This document shows positions 1 through 7,917 of a stretch of 35,587 nt of DNA, one piece after another (the first letter of the stretch is position 1; every line of letters starts with the position of its first letter). Source of the DNA: Candidatus Woesearchaeota archaeon. GTDB lineage: Archaea > Nanobdellota > Nanobdellia > Woesearchaeales > JAGWAF01. The stretch spans positions 1 through 35,587 of the forward strand of contig JACQSU010000086.1 of NCBI GenBank assembly GCA_016211165.1, given 5' to 3'. The notes beneath the pieces were generated by a model. The model saw only the letters and a program-made list of their open reading frames with translations, was not told the DNA's origin and made no database searches. The position numbers were made by a program, and so were the translations under genes.

Positions 1-35
1 ATTCTACACTATATAAACATATCCTGCATGGGTTT

Positions 36-59
36 AAAAGGGTGCAACAGCCCCCTTTT
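36..59. repeat. Palindromic element, family 2
   Basis: AAAAGGGTGCAACAGCCCCCTTTT; 20/24 identical to 35302-35325. Confidence 0.6.
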
Positions 60-61
60 CT

Positions 62-874
62 ATGATTCTCATCCGCTACGACGAAATCTGGCTCAAAGGA
101 CAGAACCAAATCCATTTTCTTCATGCACTGCGAAAAAGCATCCAGCACTTCTTTGTCAAAAAAGGCCACCCCAAACCACCTATCACCACACCGCACGGAC
201 GCCTAATCGTCGAAACAGACCTTGAACCTTACTGGGTCAAGAACATCTTTGGCATTTCGTCCTACTCATTTGCCACTAGGGTACCTCTGGACCTTGAGAC
301 GATCAAGGAAACATCGCTTGCCCTGTATTCGCGGTGCGGCATTGGACCCTTTCGCGTCACATGTCAGCGCCTTGACAAACGATTCCCCCACACAAGCCAA
401 GAGATCGAGAAGACCATCGGCGCGCAGATCGTGCAAACGATGCGGCATGATGTGAATCTTACACACTACACCACGGAACTATCCGTCGAGCTCATCAATG
501 GATGGGCGTACATCTTCATTGGCCGCATACAAGGCCATGGGGGCTATCCTGTTGGAACACAGGGCAAGGCGCTCTTGCTTGTTGATACTACCGACGATCT
601 CCTGGCCGGCATCCTCATGATGAAACGCGGATGCAATCTCCTGGTGCACAATCCATTAAAAAAGGACCTAGGCCAGCTTGCACGATACCACGCAACCGAA
701 CCAGGAATTCTACCTGAACTTAGTGATGAGGCAATCACAAGGTACAATCTCCTTGCGTGCGTGAACACATCAGGCACTGGCTTTGGAGGTCTTGTGAGAC
801 TCAATCCCCTCGCAGGCTTTACCTTAGAAGAACTTGAGGGGCTCCGGGCCACATTTCTTTCAGAGAGCTTTTAA
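62..874 (+). CDS. thiI: ThiI-like THUMP-domain protein with degenerate PP-loop (probably catalytically inactive)
   Basis: N-terminal 'LIRYDEIWLKGQN', THUMP segment 'FRVTCQRLDKRFPHTSQEIEKTIGA', and 'GGYPVGTQGKALLL...LMMKRGC'. The usual SGGIDS is replaced by DTTDDL; only 270 aa. Confidence 0.8.
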   Translation: MILIRYDEIWLKGQNQIHFLHALRKSIQHFFVKKGHPKPPITTPHGRLIVETDLEPYWVKNIFGISSYSFATRVPLDLETIKETSLALYSRCGIGPFRVTCQRLDKRFPHTSQEIEKTIGAQIVQTMRHDVNLTHYTTELSVELINGWAYIFIGRIQGHGGYPVGTQGKALLLVDTTDDLLAGILMMKRGCNLLVHNPLKKDLGQLARYHATEPGILPELSDEAITRYNLLACVNTSGTGFGGLVRLNPLAGFTLEELEGLRATFLSESF

Positions 875-877
875 TAA
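869..877 (+). promoter_or_regulatory. TATA box for the TtuA-like gene
   Basis: TTTTAATAA ~30 nt before ATG 908. Confidence 0.5.
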
Positions 878-907
878 CCCCCGCCACGCTCGAGTTTTCT
901 AGAAACC

Positions 908-1846
908 ATGCAAGAAACTATGATCATTGGGGCCGACGATTATCTGCGAGGCGTCACACTCGAATCATTCTCAACAGATGACACTGTCTTTGTTACACAG
1001 TTTGAGCAACGCATCAAGGACACTATCAGCACATTCGGGATCCTTGATGGTAAAGAGAATATCGTCGTTGCCGCGAGCGGGGGAAAGGACTCAACCGTGG
1101 TGATGTATATCCTCAAGAACTTAGGTTATCACATACGCGCACTGACTGTAGACACCCACATTGGATGTTATACTGAACAGAATCTTAAGAATGTGATCAA
1201 GTTTTGTGAATCCATTAATGTGCCACTTGTAGCAAAGGACTTCAACACAGAATTTGGCTATGGCGTATGTTATTTGAGAGATACCCTTGCTGAAAAAGGC
1301 CTCAATGTGAAAAGCTGCACTGTCTGCGGGGTTCCCCGACGCTACTTAATCAACAAGTACACACGCGAAATGGGTGCTGATGTTGTCATCACAGGACACA
1401 ATCTTGATGATGAATGCCAAGCCATCCTCATGAACTACTTTCGAAATACATTACAACTCTCTGCTCGCCTCGGACCAGTTCCTGGAGTCATTAGAGATCC
1501 CCGGTTTATCCCACGGGCAAAACCACTCTACTTTTTGTCAAATACTGAGATTGAGAGGTATTCGAAACTCAAAGGATTCCAGGTAGCATACGGCCACTGC
1601 CCATGCTCGACAGATGCATATCGAAGACACATCAAGGACTGGCTTCATGCAATGTCTCTTAAGCACCCTCGCTTCAAACATCGCATCATCACACACTTCT
1701 TGGCGAACCTACCTGCACTGCGCCACAAGTATCGCAGTGATGCATCACCTGGCGAGTGTTTGTCCTGTGGAGAACCGACAAGCGCCGAACTTTGCAAAAC
1801 ATGCTCCATTATGCAACTGGCAAGCTCTCCGACCCAAACCATATAA
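908..1846 (+). CDS. TtuA/Ncs6/TtcA-family tRNA thiolation ATPase
   Basis: PP-loop SGGKDS, 'CTVCGVPRR', 'TGHNLDDE', 'CPCS', C-terminal CxxC...CxxC zinc finger. No N-terminal zinc-finger cysteines. Confidence 0.88.
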   Translation: MQETMIIGADDYLRGVTLESFSTDDTVFVTQFEQRIKDTISTFGILDGKENIVVAASGGKDSTVVMYILKNLGYHIRALTVDTHIGCYTEQNLKNVIKFCESINVPLVAKDFNTEFGYGVCYLRDTLAEKGLNVKSCTVCGVPRRYLINKYTREMGADVVITGHNLDDECQAILMNYFRNTLQLSARLGPVPGVIRDPRFIPRAKPLYFLSNTEIERYSKLKGFQVAYGHCPCSTDAYRRHIKDWLHAMSLKHPRFKHRIITHFLANLPALRHKYRSDASPGECLSCGEPTSAELCKTCSIMQLASSPTQTI

Positions 1847-1847
1847 A
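1841..1847 (+). promoter_or_regulatory. TATA box for rnp3
   Basis: ATATAAA ~22 nt before ATG 1869. Confidence 0.5.
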
Positions 1848-1868
1848 GCGTAATCGATAAGACCACCT

Positions 1869-2471
1869 ATGCACATCGACATTATCATTCCAGATCGCAA
1901 CGAACATGAACTCATCGAGATGGCCAAGCGACTTGACTGGGATGCATTGTGTCTTGTCTATGAGAAACGAGCAGATGCCGACCACATCAAGGGCTTGAAA
2001 TCCCCACTTCCGCTGATCTTTGCAAGCCATATAGAAAAGAACGCTTCGTTGCGTCTCATGCGTGGCACAGGAGAAGATCGAACATCACTTGAACGAGGAG
2101 GATTTGATCTTTACTACGGCATGGAAGAAACTGCGCGACACGATCGTCTCCACCACCGCGAAGGCGGGCTCAATCACGTGCTATGCAAGCTGATGCACAA
2201 ACACGGCATTGTCTACGGCATTAACTTTGACAGCGTCCTTAACGCTGAAGCAACCAAGCGCGCAATCCTCATAGGCAGGATGCGACAGAACTTCAAACTC
2301 TGCGCTGATGCTGACGTGCCCATCGTCGTTGCTTCCTTTGCCACAACACCATACCAGATGCGAACACCCCACGATTTGCGGGCAACGATGCTCTCATTCG
2401 GGATGAATACTGCGCAGGCCAAGGAGTCGATACTTCATCTGGGAATCAGACTCGCCAACCACCTTAAATAG
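1869..2471 (+). CDS. rnp3: Ribonuclease P protein component 3 (Rpp30)
   Basis: 'GGLNHVLCKL', 'RAILIGRMRQNFKLC', 'VVASFATTPYQMRTPHDL' match the archaeal Rpp30 pattern. Confidence 0.85.
   Translation: MHIDIIIPDRNEHELIEMAKRLDWDALCLVYEKRADADHIKGLKSPLPLIFASHIEKNASLRLMRGTGEDRTSLERGGFDLYYGMEETARHDRLHHREGGLNHVLCKLMHKHGIVYGINFDSVLNAEATKRAILIGRMRQNFKLCADADVPIVVASFATTPYQMRTPHDLRATMLSFGMNTAQAKESILHLGIRLANHLK
2464..2470 (+). promoter_or_regulatory. TATA box for the hxsD-hxsB-peptidase-speD operon
   Basis: TTAAATA ~23 nt before ATG 2493 (leaderless spacing). Confidence 0.55.
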
Positions 2472-2492
2472 TTTGAAGACACTTCCCACTTG

Positions 2493-2813
2493 ATGGAGAT
2501 TGTTACATTTGAAATCGACACGCGGACATACCCACTCTTTATCATACGCGCCGCAGCGTATGCATTTCTTGATCAAACAACAACCATTCTGTCTATTGCA
2601 TCCGAGAACAACATACGATGCCAACTCATCAGAAAAGAGGGCAGGCCCCCTTTTGAACCCCCAAAAGAGGGGGACACCCCATTTTTAAGCCCTGATATAC
2701 TCAAACAGGCATTCATTGATGAACTCACAACGCAGGCCCACTACTTCTCGCAACTTGAACACACCAAGCACATCACCGGCCCGCTCATCTTGGCAGCCTT
2801 GGGAGGACGATAA
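2493..2813 (+). CDS. hxsD: His-Xaa-Ser system protein HxsD-like
   Basis: 'IDTRTYPLFIIRAAAYAFLD...AFIDEL...TKHITGPLILAAL' fits HxsD; upstream of hxsB. ATG 2493 preferred over TTG 2490. Confidence 0.75.
   Translation: MEIVTFEIDTRTYPLFIIRAAAYAFLDQTTTILSIASENNIRCQLIRKEGRPPFEPPKEGDTPFLSPDILKQAFIDELTTQAHYFSQLEHTKHITGPLILAALGGR
2633..2686. repeat. Two tandem family-2-like palindromes inside hxsD
   Basis: AAAAGAGGGCAGGCCCCCTTTT and AAAAGAGGGGGACACCCCATTTTT, read as 'KEGRPPFEPPKEGDTPF'. Confidence 0.55.
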
Positions 2814-3004
2814 TGCTCCAAACAGATCCTCTGCGGCTCGAACTGGATCATCGCATCTATCCACAACACAAGATCGCTCCTGTGCTCAATGACCTTGGCC
2901 TGCGACCAACAGAACAAACAGACACAGCAACAGTCATCGAATCAGACATCTCCAAACTCCTCCATATCGTCGACCATCTCACTATCCAAAACCGCTCACC
3001 ATGA
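2813..3004 (+). CDS. Small HxsD-like accessory protein (63 aa)
   Basis: Coupled on both sides (TAATG at 2811-2815, ATGA at 3001-3004). 'LELDHRIYP' echoes 'FEIDTRTYP' of the preceding gene. Confidence 0.55.
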   Translation: MLQTDPLRLELDHRIYPQHKIAPVLNDLGLRPTEQTDTATVIESDISKLLHIVDHLTIQNRSP

Positions 3005-4443
3005 TCCTCCCATACCAGACCCGAACCATCACAGGAAAAAACCTTGTGACAACACGACTTGGAACATGGATCATCCTCACAAACGAAGAACTTTCTCAAC
3101 TGTGCACAAATACCTTAGAAGACCCTCTCCGAGAACGCCTCACATTAACCGACATCATCATCACGGAAGAGAACCGAGATCGCGTCCTATCCAATTTCCG
3201 CAGACTCAATGCAAATCTTGGAGCAGCACCAAGCCTGCACATCATCTGCGTCACAGACCGTTGCAACCACAACTGCACCTACTGTCACGCATCAAGCCCA
3301 GAAGCAACAGGAGTTGATATGAGTATTGCGACAGCGAACAAAGTTCTTGATGTGATATTCTCCAGCCCTGCCAAGCACTTGACTATCGAATTCCAAGGAG
3401 GCGAGACGATGATCAATTGGATGGTTGTAACCCACATCGTCACTCAAGCAAGACGCAGGGAAGCAACAAGCGGCAAACACATCAGTCTTGTCATCGTAAG
3501 CAATCTCTCACTCATCGACAACGCCAAACTCGAATTCTTATCAATACATCAAGTGGCAATCACGACAAGCCTTGATGGCCCTGCATCTGTGCACGATGCC
3601 AACAGACCATTCCTTGGCGGTGGCCGCAGCACGCACAAGAGTGTCATGCGCGGGATTGAACTTATACAAAACCACTATAAGAAGCAAGGAAAACCAGCAC
3701 CTCTTAGCGCATTGTGCACAACGACCCGGGCGTCACTCGCGCACGGCCCTGCGATTGTCGATGAGTATGCACGCTTAGGGTTTGAGATCATCCACCTACG
3801 CCCTGTCAATCCAGTTGGCATCGCCAAAAAACGATGGGATCTTGTAGGCTACACTGCCGATGAGTTTATTGCGTTTTGGAAGACTGCGATGGACCACATC
3901 CTTAAGCTGAATCGATCCGGCATACGCATCATCGAGCGGCAGGCCTTTATGATGCTGCAAAAAATACTTGCATTCCGCGATCCGATGTACCTAGGCCTGA
4001 TGAACCCCAGCGGAGCAGGACGCTGTGTTCTCACGTATAACTATGATGGCAAGGTCTACGCAAGCGATGAGGCGCGGATGATTGGAGAAGACATCTTCTG
4101 CCTTGGCAGTGTCGATCTCGGATACGAGAAACTTGCGCGCGATCCGATCGTGGCTGGGCTTGTGCAGGCGTCCATCTTGGACAATACCTGTGGCTCGTGT
4201 CCATATATTCCCTGGTGCGGCATTGACCCTGTGCTCACCTATGCCGCATACGGCAGCATCATCCCACAGATCCCCCTGCATCGGATGCACCAGATCCACC
4301 AGGCGCAGTTTGACTATCTTATTGAGCAGATACTTACACACCCGGACCCATTTTCGGCATTCTATTTGTGGCTGCCAAACTTGGACATGACCCTCACAAG
4401 GGCCCGACTCGGAGATCGCATCCTTGCGCTGGATATGCGGTAA
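3001..4443 (+). CDS. hxsB: His-Xaa-Ser system radical SAM/SPASM maturase HxsB
   Basis: 'SLHIICVTDRCNHNCTYCHAS' (CxxxCxxC), 'IEFQGGE', 'TSLDGP..VHDANR', 'YNYDGKVYASDEARM', 'CGSCPYIPWCGIDPV'. Confidence 0.9.
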   Translation: MILPYQTRTITGKNLVTTRLGTWIILTNEELSQLCTNTLEDPLRERLTLTDIIITEENRDRVLSNFRRLNANLGAAPSLHIICVTDRCNHNCTYCHASSPEATGVDMSIATANKVLDVIFSSPAKHLTIEFQGGETMINWMVVTHIVTQARRREATSGKHISLVIVSNLSLIDNAKLEFLSIHQVAITTSLDGPASVHDANRPFLGGGRSTHKSVMRGIELIQNHYKKQGKPAPLSALCTTTRASLAHGPAIVDEYARLGFEIIHLRPVNPVGIAKKRWDLVGYTADEFIAFWKTAMDHILKLNRSGIRIIERQAFMMLQKILAFRDPMYLGLMNPSGAGRCVLTYNYDGKVYASDEARMIGEDIFCLGSVDLGYEKLARDPIVAGLVQASILDNTCGSCPYIPWCGIDPVLTYAAYGSIIPQIPLHRMHQIHQAQFDYLIEQILTHPDPFSAFYLWLPNLDMTLTRARLGDRILALDMR

Positions 4444-4487
4444 ACCCCACCGCTACCCAGATATAGACGCGTACGATCCCAGTGTCC

Positions 4488-5423
4488 ATGGAACTAGCAT
4501 GGATCATGAGTGTCATCGCATGGGTCACCATCGCGACGCTTGCCGCATACAAGGACCATCGAACATCTCGAATTCCCAATACTCTTAACGCAACAGCCTT
4601 GGCAGTCAGTCTGATGATTCTTGCCGTGATCAAGTCATCGACGCAAACCATCCTTATCAACACAACAGCAACGATAGGCGCCTCACTTGTGCTGTGGAAC
4701 CAGGGATGGTGGCGCGGGGGAGACGCCAAACTCTTCATCGCACTGGGCATCGCCACACCCGCACTCATCACGCACGCAATCTACCCAACTTATCCATCCT
4801 TGAATCTCCTTGCACCAACCCTCATCCTTCCTGCTATCTTGATGAGCATCAACGCCGTGCGCAAAAGCACATGGGCACACCACACAAGCAGCCTTCATGG
4901 CACTATTATGAAGCTCCCACGCTACATCCCCACCCTATTTAGTGCAAGTTGGCTCCTTAGCATCGGCTCGGAACTGATTGGCATCCCTCTCACCTCGCTT
5001 GCAACAATCACTATCACATTCGCCGCACTCGAACTCACACTGCCTAACATACCCTGGCCAATTATCCTCTCGCTTTCCTTGCTAAGACTTCTTATTGACT
5101 CCGCATACCAAAGCACCTCGTTCTTTCTTGCATCCATGCTCATTGTTACTATCTATATCACCGCCACATACCTTGGATTACTTGCCGCTGACTTGCATAG
5201 CAGACATATTCTCGCAGTACGCCTACAACCTGGCATGCGCATCACAGCAGCAACTCTTCCCTCTCACCTGCGTCAGTATAGCGATACTGTCGACATCACA
5301 TCCGATAACATCGGCAGCATTCAATCACATGTGAAAGACCTTCGTATCCTAGACCAATTCACCCTTGGACCATACTTCCTTCTTAGTCAATTTATCATAC
5401 TCATAGCCGAAATAGTTTTATAG
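4488..5423 (+). CDS. A24-family prepilin/preflagellin peptidase (FlaK/PibD-like)
   Basis: Polytopic membrane protein with both catalytic Asp motifs 'AYKDHRTSRIPN' and 'GGDAKL'. Alternative GTG start at 4482. Confidence 0.85.
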   Translation: MELAWIMSVIAWVTIATLAAYKDHRTSRIPNTLNATALAVSLMILAVIKSSTQTILINTTATIGASLVLWNQGWWRGGDAKLFIALGIATPALITHAIYPTYPSLNLLAPTLILPAILMSINAVRKSTWAHHTSSLHGTIMKLPRYIPTLFSASWLLSIGSELIGIPLTSLATITITFAALELTLPNIPWPIILSLSLLRLLIDSAYQSTSFFLASMLIVTIYITATYLGLLAADLHSRHILAVRLQPGMRITAATLPSHLRQYSDTVDITSDNIGSIQSHVKDLRILDQFTLGPYFLLSQFIILIAEIVL

Positions 5424-5444
5424 ACAGACCAAGAGCAAATCTTT

Positions 5445-5825
5445 ATGATTGGAACGCATCACCTGCTTGACCTGTACAGCGTTGATTCCCACAGCCTTAC
5501 GGATCTTGAGCTCATACGCGATGCCTTGCGTGGAGCCTGTGCCGCAGGTCACTTCACAACGCTTTCCGAACACATTCACACATTCCCAGAGGGGGGAATA
5601 ACAGCCATCCTCTTGCTTGCGGAATCCCACATCAGCATCCACACGTACCCAGAACACCGATATGCAGCAATCGACTTGTTTAGCTGCGGAGCACAGGCGC
5701 GCCCAGAAGCTGCCATCCAACACCTCATCACCGCCCTTGCACCAGCGCATCATACTCGCAGTGTGAGCACGCGAGGAGAAGGGATCTGCGCGCGGCCGTT
5801 GCCGGCTCATATCTACAACTCTTGA
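5445..5825 (+). CDS. speD: S-adenosylmethionine decarboxylase proenzyme (short pyruvoyl type)
   Basis: 'GTHHLLDLY', 'GITAILLLAESHISIHTYPE', 'IDLFSCG'; intact E|SH autocleavage site. An arginine-decarboxylase paralog cannot be excluded from sequence alone. Confidence 0.88.
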   Translation: MIGTHHLLDLYSVDSHSLTDLELIRDALRGACAAGHFTTLSEHIHTFPEGGITAILLLAESHISIHTYPEHRYAAIDLFSCGAQARPEAAIQHLITALAPAHHTRSVSTRGEGICARPLPAHIYNS

Positions 5826-5827
5826 TA

Positions 5828-6121
5828 TCACTTACCAGCAACAGGAGGGGGCGGGCACGGACCGCCCTGAATAATTTGGTGGCAATGAATCCCACAATGG
5901 TTACCGTCACCTGTCTCAATACTCAAACTATTCGCGTGGCACGCAGAATTACACGCAGGTGAGCACGAACACTGTGCTAATGTGGGAATCGCTGATGAGG
6001 CAAGACCAAGCGCAATCAGCGCACCAGCCTTCACAACATCGGCCTTGGTCATCCGCCCATTTTCATCTTCAATAAAGAGCGAGACCTTGCGAGCAACTTT
6101 TGGCAAAAGTTTCTCATTCAT
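5828..6121 (-). CDS. Putative precursor peptide of the Hxs-type cluster (97 aa, Cys/His-rich core)
   Basis: GAGGAGG RBS before ATG 6121. Leader 'SLFIEDENGRMTKADVVKAG', hydrophobic 'ALIALGLASSAIPTLA', core with 7 Cys and 4 His. Lies within a peptide-maturase cluster. Confidence 0.7.
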   Translation of the reverse strand: MNEKLLPKVARKVSLFIEDENGRMTKADVVKAGALIALGLASSAIPTLAQCSCSPACNSACHANSLSIETGDGNHCGIHCHQIIQGGPCPPPPVAGK

Positions 6122-6794
6122 ACACACGCGCCTCCTCGGCAATCGAACGGCATATGGCACTCTTGATCAGAGGGCACGCTTGCGGATTCTTGGTCACTGT
6201 CACTGTACAGGCCATCATATCAGTCACATCTGAGATATAAGCACACAAGGATTCCTCATTAGCACGCAGAGCTTGCACCCAGTGCACGTGACCCTTGCAA
6301 ACCTCTTGATCAGAAAGTTGTGGGTAGCGGCTGCACAGGGACGAATCATCCATGATGATGGCTTGACATTCAATAGCCTCCTCACCATAAGGACACAATG
6401 ATGTTTGATTCCGCTCTACAGCGTTGCATACGGCAGCGTATTCTGGATCAATGATATCCTCACAAGAACCAGTCCCATCGATCATTCGAACCATAACAGA
6501 GAGTGCCTTGCAATCTTCCGCAGACGGATGCGCATCACACGCAGAAGAATTCGCGCTAGCCAAGGCTACACACAATGCATCAAGATTGCTCTTCTCCACG
6601 CACTGAGCAGTTCGTTGTTCTATCACCTCGGTTACCGGAACCTTAGAAGACCATACTGAAATGCCGACGACAATAACAAATCCAACGACGATGAACACCC
6701 AGTGTCTCATAGGCCAAAATCCGCAGACGCGGACACCTCGGATTTCTTTCTTGTTTTTGTCACGCCGCCCGCTCTCGTGAACGGTTCTTGACAT
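6114..6794 (-). CDS. Membrane-anchored protein with short Cys-pair repeats
   Basis: GGAGG RBS before ATG 6794; one TM helix 'WVFIVVGFVIVVGISVW'; repeats such as 'CEDIIDPEYAAVC' and 'CAYISDVTDMMAC'. Alternative start at 6710. Confidence 0.7.
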   Translation of the reverse strand: MSRTVHESGRRDKNKKEIRGVRVCGFWPMRHWVFIVVGFVIVVGISVWSSKVPVTEVIEQRTAQCVEKSNLDALCVALASANSSACDAHPSAEDCKALSVMVRMIDGTGSCEDIIDPEYAAVCNAVERNQTSLCPYGEEAIECQAIIMDDSSLCSRYPQLSDQEVCKGHVHWVQALRANEESLCAYISDVTDMMACTVTVTKNPQACPLIKSAICRSIAEEARVYE

Positions 6795-6807
6795 ATTCCC
6801 TCCTGTC

Positions 6808-7917
6808 TTAGGGTATAAAACCGTTTCGACAATCGACGACGTGCACAATCTTGCCAGATGTCGTGCGATGAACCAGTCCACCCATAACAATGCTCACATC
6901 AACACCATGCACTGTCGCGATCCTTTCTCGCAACTGCGCAACCTGCGCAGGCGTGGCATGCGCAACGCACACCACAACCTCATCGTGCACACCATCGGCT
7001 GCATGTCTTAACTCCAAGGAGAATTCAGGATGACCTATCGCGCTCTCGACTAGCGCCGCAAGCGAATCCTTGGAGCAGACATCTCCCCAAATCTTGATCT
7101 GATCATCTGAACGTCCCAGTATCTTGATCAACCGCACAGAACCCTCTGATCGCAACTCGACCCGATCACCAATCAAATACCTCACTATGGGCATCGACTC
7201 ATTCATCAGATCCGTGATGAGCAGGTCCCCCACACCCTCTTTGCTAATCCTGCCGTTGTCATCCCTCACTTCAAGGACGAGGGAACCTCCAAGGACATGA
7301 AACCACCCGTCATCAGCCTGCGATGCGACGATGCCGACCTCGGTCGCAGCATAAAACATCCGAACCCTGGCCGTCGGCACCTTGGAAGAAAAGAACTGCA
7401 TACATTCCCTTGTCACTTTTCCGCCTGTGAGCATAATGAGACGCAATGAGGGCAGGGCATCCACATGCTTAAGAATCTCAAACACGTGCGAGACAAATCC
7501 CACAAGCACTGACACGCCAGCAGACTCAAGCTTAAAACACAGCAGATCCATATTATGCTCTGTAAGCACACCGCAATGAATGATCATCGCAGGAAGCAAA
7601 CGATCAAAACCCACATCAAGAATCACGTTATCCAGAAGACTCCCCACAACATCATCTGCCTTGATTTCCTCCAAGAAGAGTCTGGATCCCTGCGCAATCT
7701 GACTCTCCACAGCTTTGCTTGATAGAAAAATCAACTTATGAGCCCCCTCTGATCCCGACGTGTTGAGCACATAACGCGGACGGACAGGACAGTCAGTAAT
7801 TGACCACGATGCGAGGTGCTCCCTTGTCACAATAGGTATGTCCCCGGATCCATGCCAGGATCTATACTTCGGATGCGCACGCCATTTGCAGGAGATATCC
7901 ACAACATCGGCCATCAT
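6808..7917 (-). CDS. Phenylacetate-CoA ligase (PaaK/CapK)-like adenylate-forming enzyme
   Basis: ANL-superfamily motifs 'TSGSEG..K', 'YAATEVG', 'RYLIGD', 'GRSDDQIKIWG', 'RTTSGK'. Confidence 0.82.
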   Translation of the reverse strand: MMADVVDISCKWRAHPKYRSWHGSGDIPIVTREHLASWSITDCPVRPRYVLNTSGSEGAHKLIFLSSKAVESQIAQGSRLFLEEIKADDVVGSLLDNVILDVGFDRLLPAMIIHCGVLTEHNMDLLCFKLESAGVSVLVGFVSHVFEILKHVDALPSLRLIMLTGGKVTRECMQFFSSKVPTARVRMFYAATEVGIVASQADDGWFHVLGGSLVLEVRDDNGRISKEGVGDLLITDLMNESMPIVRYLIGDRVELRSEGSVRLIKILGRSDDQIKIWGDVCSKDSLAALVESAIGHPEFSLELRHAADGVHDEVVVCVAHATPAQVAQLRERIATVHGVDVSIVMGGLVHRTTSGKIVHVVDCRNGFIP

